Part shown: positions 24,701-28,072 of the stretch, piece by piece
Layout of the letters: every line of letters begins with the position of its first letter
How positions within the stretch are numbered: position 1 is the first letter of the stretch
Virus record (IMG/VR): IMGVR_UViG_3300042323_000377
Location: 1 to 28,072 of that record
Length of the DNA stretch: 28,072 nt
Strand: one strand, 5' to 3'
From: a virus
Lineage: Duplodnaviria > Caudoviricetes
Translations under genes and position numbers: made by a program
Notes under the pieces: model-generated
What the model saw: only the letters and a program-made list of their open reading frames with translations
What the model was told of the DNA's origin: nothing
The model's database searches: none

Positions 24701-27700
24701 AAGGATGTTATAGGCGGCTGTAAGTCTGTCGAACCACGCTCTCTGGAGGTAACCTGTACCCACAAGGGCGTTCATCTGAGCCGTGTTGGGCTTGCCAGAC
24801 CAGTTGCCGTCACCATCCCTACGCATACCGCCCCTGTGGTCAGCATCAGAAAGGGAGTCTAGAACCTTGAACATCTCCTTGCCCTGTCGGATTTCTTCGG
24901 CTGTGTATCTGCGGAGTTTAGGCTTCTTTAAGTTGCCAGCCTTGTCGATGGTCTCAAAGCCCTGTCCACGCAGACCATGCGTCTGGATGAACTGCTTACG
25001 GGCATCGGGGGAGAGGTTGCTGATGTCGAACTTGCCACCCTTGTTGATGTTAGACTGCATCCGAATCATGTCCTGCATCAAGAGGTCTAGGGCTGTTACC
25101 TTGGCTCTCTTGCCGTCTTTGCCAAATCCTCTGGACAGGGCATATCCCTCGATGTTGTCGAAATTGACGGACGGGTTGTTCTTGCCAATCTTAGCCTTCC
25201 AGAAGTCGAGGAACGACTCCTTGGAGGTCTCAAAGACGGCTCTGAGTCCGCTGTATTCGCCACCTCTGAACAGGAAGTCCACGGGCTTGTCCATCACGAA
25301 CTTGGCAAAATAGTAAGCACCGAACTCCTCAACTAGATGCTCAAGCGGTGTCTGGGTAGTGTCAGCGACACGATTAGGGTCGTTACGCTTCTTGTATTCC
25401 TCGATAGAACCCTTGAGTTCATCAATCTTGCGTTTACGGAATTCTTCGCTTTGGTTTCTATGGACGCTGTTGATATAGCCTTCCATGAACTTCTGGAGTT
25501 GGGTCGGGTCAACGACAGCCTTCTCAAGCATCTTGCCAGTCTGAGGGTCAAATGTGCCGACAAGTTTCTGGATGAGTCTGTCGGAGTAGTCCTTAGCGAA
25601 CACAGAGTCTCTCATCACGGAGTGGAAGAGTTCGTGGGGCATCGACTCACGATTGCCCTTAGCCATGAACTTATCTAGGTTGATGTAGATTTCAGTCTGA
25701 CCAGTAGAGTTCCTACGCTTAGTCCAACCAGCGGAAGCGTCAAACGATTGAAGCGTCTCTTCGACATCCATGTTGCGAGACTTTCTGATTGTGCCATCCT
25801 TGTCGATGTATCCGTCCGCTTGGAGTTTCTCCTTAAGCATCTGACCTCTGCGGGTCAGTTTCTTGTCGGAGCGTGTCTCAGCCTTGAGGGTCTCAGCAAT
25901 CTTACCAGAGACGAGATTAGCGTTCTTCTGGTTAAGGGTGTTAATCATCTCAGCCAATCTTTCGGCATAGGCGAGGTCACCGAAGTGAGCGTTTACCTGT
26001 CTGCCCTTGAGGGACTTGATGAAATCGGGGTTGCTGTTTTCCTTAATCTGCTTGAGCAGGACAGCCTTGGCGTTGTCATCCAGACGCTCCCAGACGGGCT
26101 TCAGTTTCTTGTATCTGGCTTCGGTTGTGATAGCCTTCTCAAAGCCAGCAGGGTCTCCAGCGAAGTTGCCTCCGTTGTCTCTGAGGATGCCGAGGACATC
26201 AGCGATGGTTCTTCTGTCTCCGATTTCGGGGAAGATTCTGGACTTCTCTCTGAGTTTGCCCGTGCTGGGGTCAATTCCTTGGCTAGTTAACGCTTCAGCG
26301 TAACCTTTCTCGTTAAACGCCTTGATGACCGCATCGGGGTTCACGACATCCAGACCAGCGATGATACCATCAATCTGGGCTTGGAATCGTCTATCTCCAG
26401 TAGCCTCAGCCGCAATAGCCATAGCCTCAAGAGCCACATGGTTTTCATTGCCAGCGTCCTTGAGTCCTTCGATGACCAACTTACGCTGGATGGCAATCTG
26501 CTCCATCTTCGTGTTGCCTGTGATGTCAGAGGTAAGCCTGCCAGCACCAGCACCGACAGCACCGAGTGCCATGCCAGAGCCGATACCGCCAGCCATGCCT
26601 TCTTCACCGCCAGCAAGATAACCTAGACCGCCACCGATAGCCGCACCTTGAAAAGCACCAGAGGTAATTTCATCGGCATAGGCGAAGAACGGGTCAACAG
26701 CCTCAATAATCTTAAGCAGTCCTTGGGCGTGTTTAGAGAGAACGATGCCTTGTTTCTTGGTGTCTCTAAGAGCCTGTCCAGCATAGCCAAGAACGCCACG
26801 ACCTGTGTTCTTCTGCTTTTGCATCTGCTCACCAAACATACTGATAGCCTCACCAACGCCACGGGCGGTAGTAGAGCCGACCATCGCACCAGCGACATCC
26901 CCGACAATAGGAAGGGGAATTGTAGCACCTGTCATAGCCGCAGTCGCAGAAGTCCATCCGTACATCTGTGCGGTTGTCTTGACCTCAGCGGCAGAGATAC
27001 CAGATACAGTCTCGAAAGCCTTGGCACTACGCTCTAAGCCATAATCAATCGTATTTCTGACGGCAGTACCCATGAACTCAATGGGAGCACCAACGCCCCA
27101 CTTGAGAACACCACCCATAATGCCACGCTTGATAGCCGCAGTACGGGCAGAAGCCATAGCCAACTTCTCGCCCATGCCAATCATCGTAGCACCCTTAGCC
27201 GCAATCCCACCGAACGGGATAAACAGGGTAGGGTCAGCGATGTAGGACATCACCTGTGTCATCTCTGGGTTGATGACATCTTTGTCCATGACAAGGGTAT
27301 CTTGACCAGTCATCAGACGCATCGAATGCAGATTGAAGGCTTGAGCCTCCATGAACTGCTGGTACTCAGCCGCCTCGTCATCGCCATTGGCTAACAAGGC
27401 GTTCTTCATTCGGAAGAATACGCTAGTAGGGTCGGCAGACTGAGCCGCCATTCCATAGAGGTTTCTTGTGCCTTGGGCAAACGCCTCGATTACAGAGGGC
27501 GTAAGTTTCTTCATCGAGTCTACGGGCTTGTCATAGATAGACCCAGCCGCCTTAAAAATCTCGTCAAATACTGTGCTAGCCGCCTCGCCAATCGTGCCGA
27601 TGACATCTGTTTCCTTAGATTTTTGATGAGCCTTGAACAGTCTGTATTGGTCTAATGTCATGTCCATCAGTTCGCCATTGGCGTTCTTCTGAGCCATTGC

Positions 27701-27874
27701 TCTTGCTACTTCCTCACCAGTAGGAGGGGCTGTAATATACTTTAACGCCTCTTCCCTTTCGTCCGCAGGAAGGCTATCTATGATGCTTTCGATGCTGGGA
27801 GGTGCATCAGATGCAGTTCCAGATTGCCCTCCAAGGGAAATATACTGCTTGGGGGATTCGTAAAGTTCAGCCAT
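18704..27874 (-). CDS. Giant (3056 aa) polyvalent, probably virion-internal/ejected protein: zincin HExxH, ParB-like and two GNAT modules
   Basis: Gly/Ala-rich hydrophobic N-region; HELFH (aa 747-751) plus EEFGAYY (aa 849); NGRHR; EGEGYG/RGKGYS..LLYSEM; repeated linker. Confidence 0.9.
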   Translation of the reverse strand: MAELYESPKQYISLGGQSGTASDAPPSIESIIDSLPADEREEALKYITAPPTGEEVARAMAQKNANGELMDMTLDQYRLFKAHQKSKETDVIGTIGEAASTVFDEIFKAAGSIYDKPVDSMKKLTPSVIEAFAQGTRNLYGMAAQSADPTSVFFRMKNALLANGDDEAAEYQQFMEAQAFNLHSMRLMTGQDTLVMDKDVINPEMTQVMSYIADPTLFIPFGGIAAKGATMIGMGEKLAMASARTAAIKRGIMGGVLKWGVGAPIEFMGTAVRNTIDYGLERSAKAFETVSGISAAEVKTTAQMYGWTSATAAMTGATIPLPIVGDVAGAMVGSTTARGVGEAISMFGEQMQKQKNTGRGVLGYAGQALRDTKKQGIVLSKHAQGLLKIIEAVDPFFAYADEITSGAFQGAAIGGGLGYLAGGEEGMAGGIGSGMALGAVGAGAGRLTSDITGNTKMEQIAIQRKLVIEGLKDAGNENHVALEAMAIAAEATGDRRFQAQIDGIIAGLDVVNPDAVIKAFNEKGYAEALTSQGIDPSTGKLREKSRIFPEIGDRRTIADVLGILRDNGGNFAGDPAGFEKAITTEARYKKLKPVWERLDDNAKAVLLKQIKENSNPDFIKSLKGRQVNAHFGDLAYAERLAEMINTLNQKNANLVSGKIAETLKAETRSDKKLTRRGQMLKEKLQADGYIDKDGTIRKSRNMDVEETLQSFDASAGWTKRRNSTGQTEIYINLDKFMAKGNRESMPHELFHSVMRDSVFAKDYSDRLIQKLVGTFDPQTGKMLEKAVVDPTQLQKFMEGYINSVHRNQSEEFRKRKIDELKGSIEEYKKRNDPNRVADTTQTPLEHLVEEFGAYYFAKFVMDKPVDFLFRGGEYSGLRAVFETSKESFLDFWKAKIGKNNPSVNFDNIEGYALSRGFGKDGKRAKVTALDLLMQDMIRMQSNINKGGKFDISNLSPDARKQFIQTHGLRGQGFETIDKAGNLKKPKLRRYTAEEIRQGKEMFKVLDSLSDADHRGGMRRDGDGNWSGKPNTAQMNALVGTGYLQRAWFDRLTAAYNILEGKGSNVVEFGYLGYSAHIGDGNERVYGAAVPFKNRRAVLLDVNFKVKADGTTFANFDTLDLRVIEARGNEVWRDPQVRDLWNGDRTSMEADFYAYLSNASLPSGDPNRKPSFRLLDRGDGLGGQRRDALHQMLGFHKGSDLPYINKPIAEIPVGIRHSVTTFSNDGIVAMRTAGRERVDYNHNNAHLDLTRNFMPDEMRQETTPSGGKIIRHATGYNISKQAGEKFKVFDPEGKSLGQFDTIADAGRAAQKHFNESFDKSVEGKDTAVPPTEIPPSRVGYKDKRVQKILDDNKIEQSVIEALEKQINDINSKENQAESASNYYSRPSKDALEVVKKEGLIKALRNENVSSILEQVKIKPDVSSLGDIDIGIPHYAKDLKVSYLLDKLTNLSHHEYDAMYPMEIKSALHPRLAQIFQDYPNLTAQGLLKKLVVYGSQGSRMFQEATEIGLVDLLKSKIQKTTTPRFLEDGTRIDMAQGVTQPKLDMTEILDFAKSKEIKVTIEEGAKERSGMDTSRFTLGGAKDNYKQTAIRINPEYAHGIRGHYGEDTIVHFRTTERIDADGNRHLFIEEVQANNTDKRKVSGRLTPDREFIVRRNVRTQKTLYNKAREEGIYVQNSNGEGFETQKTAYIKAGLWNSEKLNSEITLLLKEIFPSQGYDAAMSRQDARKVLQEGLDHVFTMIGTATSFSDFLNRLEAETESVFDKHFKVWKKLRLSDELLNQFNTIKKFEVERQKFYRTEGIQSLIDEGHITNYTLDNPDIMLESIQDNESLIQLHELSLSQKEPTPLPLTAAKDWTLTGLKGIIRQAIRDGLDRITLTHPDDSPTVSHMKGDARQGLYGKLIPEIWGAWLRKYGIEMKQTNKLADATIDTAKGQMAEITNKLHDANKAVLEHFEQVKGSEDPATINKLAELMAMPVHESDEFVGVKIQNEAKNLNDNKLRTLIGEVAMIKSAEKDAYNRINKLRENGIRGEIGSMSTTDSGISAEAIDRGMTFVLNDRIKQDFLDGKIQTHMMPSEGEKGGFDFEPNSNKAYKLLTEYLYGLKTGKSHQEMMTPELDYVFNNIENFTKASNDDVVEAILKLGSKGGAIVDRFQNKEITLKQAVQEAQNIDQYTYLAKLKDIRDARKGLYNAFMRATGQMRKISDKDGRRYNTEGEREHRDTAYQPAEIPLEAHQKPWSGNKFVLIDVKKFNDEFQRTNPSNTVRDVKNQKPNSLANATKWIQERPWERKNNREMAEAPVVSVFPEKTFIEGQGAVNQVRVSNGRHRLQAYEDLGIKYAWVQTPIKEEGRLNQFRVSEEDTGRENRPNFMPAEGDAEGGRTYTPEQMSGKFIGRYASENPKAIKYKKIIFTKDTEKGRFGEETYRLTIKPKDEVANEVKVGYINVEVNGTDASVEYVKVNPRWEGEGYGNLLYSEMVERLRSLGVKEFSGMIVDESGRPQKIRKRIIDQENTRIGEPDDTLIGRTRRDRYGDTQTDVTSYLKEKAWYMPSESWEKTRELGMKSTWDALPEASRKLFELNIKKFGLTNSPYEAGYILPDARMLDFSGRSQSSGFKRVNDKYIPTTKFDDFKNSRGLDHREAVMLPEVKRKMKEEYGWEEDKIGKMQEAGAIRIDHNDYGTDDGRTYLDIGSVPTNKQYEAILDILKNSVKNKEKHTLGVDIRVNGKAINHPLHDVNLENPERAVLALKREVNKAFKNNEAGKDRTSFMPAEGEQGEPIRLSGKKKTISTKKVSTNQYEMGEGNRTYDTDSRQWTNGFIGRYAEENPILTKGLKLSMKNWDKRTDDYGRRSIELKEGNKLIGRIDYEVKKGSGGKWLLSDPAVRVWEQYRGKGYSNLLYSEMAERARFLGAEDFLQRIENDLALPMYAQVNTFGFGESKLIDADRGQYFPPTKENFDKLKKPLIDIQKQDGSYETMEGYEPWVHSWSKIFSDRHYQPAEGWRDWQSERTSLGSVVKNAVGYVIMVQGDKFKVYNPYKAMVGIYNDLEQAKRRVQRDEPKQ

Positions 27875-27878
27875 AAAA

Positions 27879-28072
27879 TTATAGTATTCCCTTTTCCCTC
27901 AGATATTGCTCACGAAGGGCTTGGTACTTGTTACCACCTGTGTCATCTTTAATTATAACTGTCAAGCCATGAGCCGCAGATAGATTCTTGATACGCCTGT
28001 CAACTCGTTCAGCAAGAGCGATTAAGATGGCTCTATCCTTGGCTTCAAGAGAGAAGAAGTTAACAGCGTTCT
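27879..28072 (-). CDS. 3' end of an upstream gene (...NKYQALREQYLREKGIL*)
   Basis: Frame open from the window edge to TAA at 27879-27881, 4 nt before the giant gene's ATG. Confidence 0.75.
   Translation of the reverse strand, partial: NAVNFFSLEAKDRAILIALAERVDRRIKNLSAAHGLTVIIKDDTGGNKYQALREQYLREKGIL

Noticed and set aside
18704-27874. Intein or virion RNA polymerase within the giant protein
   Set aside because: No intein terminal or LAGLIDADG motifs and no polymerase catalytic motif recognised by eye; a profile search is needed to exclude them fully
1-28072. Stop-codon reassignment
   Set aside because: Genes pack tightly under the standard code, including a 9.2 kb open frame; no suppressor tRNA

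Overview
A roughly 28 kb segment of a tailed dsDNA bacteriophage genome. The host is unknown but probably diderm, and gene leaders lack Shine-Dalgarno motifs. From left to right: a partial gene and five tRNA genes (- strand); an AT-rich possible terminus/packaging region; a leftward operon of small genes plus a DUF932-like gene, joined by a conserved ~25-bp stop/leader/start repeat and preceded by a type II hammerhead ribozyme; a 1.4 kb non-coding control region; a rightward operon with an acidic protein, a histone-fold-like protein and a structured intergenic RNA candidate; a recombination/replication block (endonuclease VII, RecE/ExoVIII-like nuclease, HTH initiator with internal iterons, DnaC-like ATPase, ERF, lysozyme-like protein, RHH regulator, metallophosphoesterase); and a leftward block with a spanin-like lipoprotein, a holin candidate and a 3056-aa polyvalent protein. 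The strongest leads are: (1) the giant protein carries an HExxH metallopeptidase motif and seven copies of a [FYM][MQ]P[ASD]E linker at module boundaries (ParB-like, two GNATs, others), suggesting a self-processing effector polyprotein; (2) the hammerhead ribozyme; (3) the histone-like gene; (4) a GTAWTAC operator next to many -35 boxes; (5) strong palindrome avoidance, with CATG apparently absent only from the first 17.6 kb. All protein calls come from motif recognition by eye, not from database searches.
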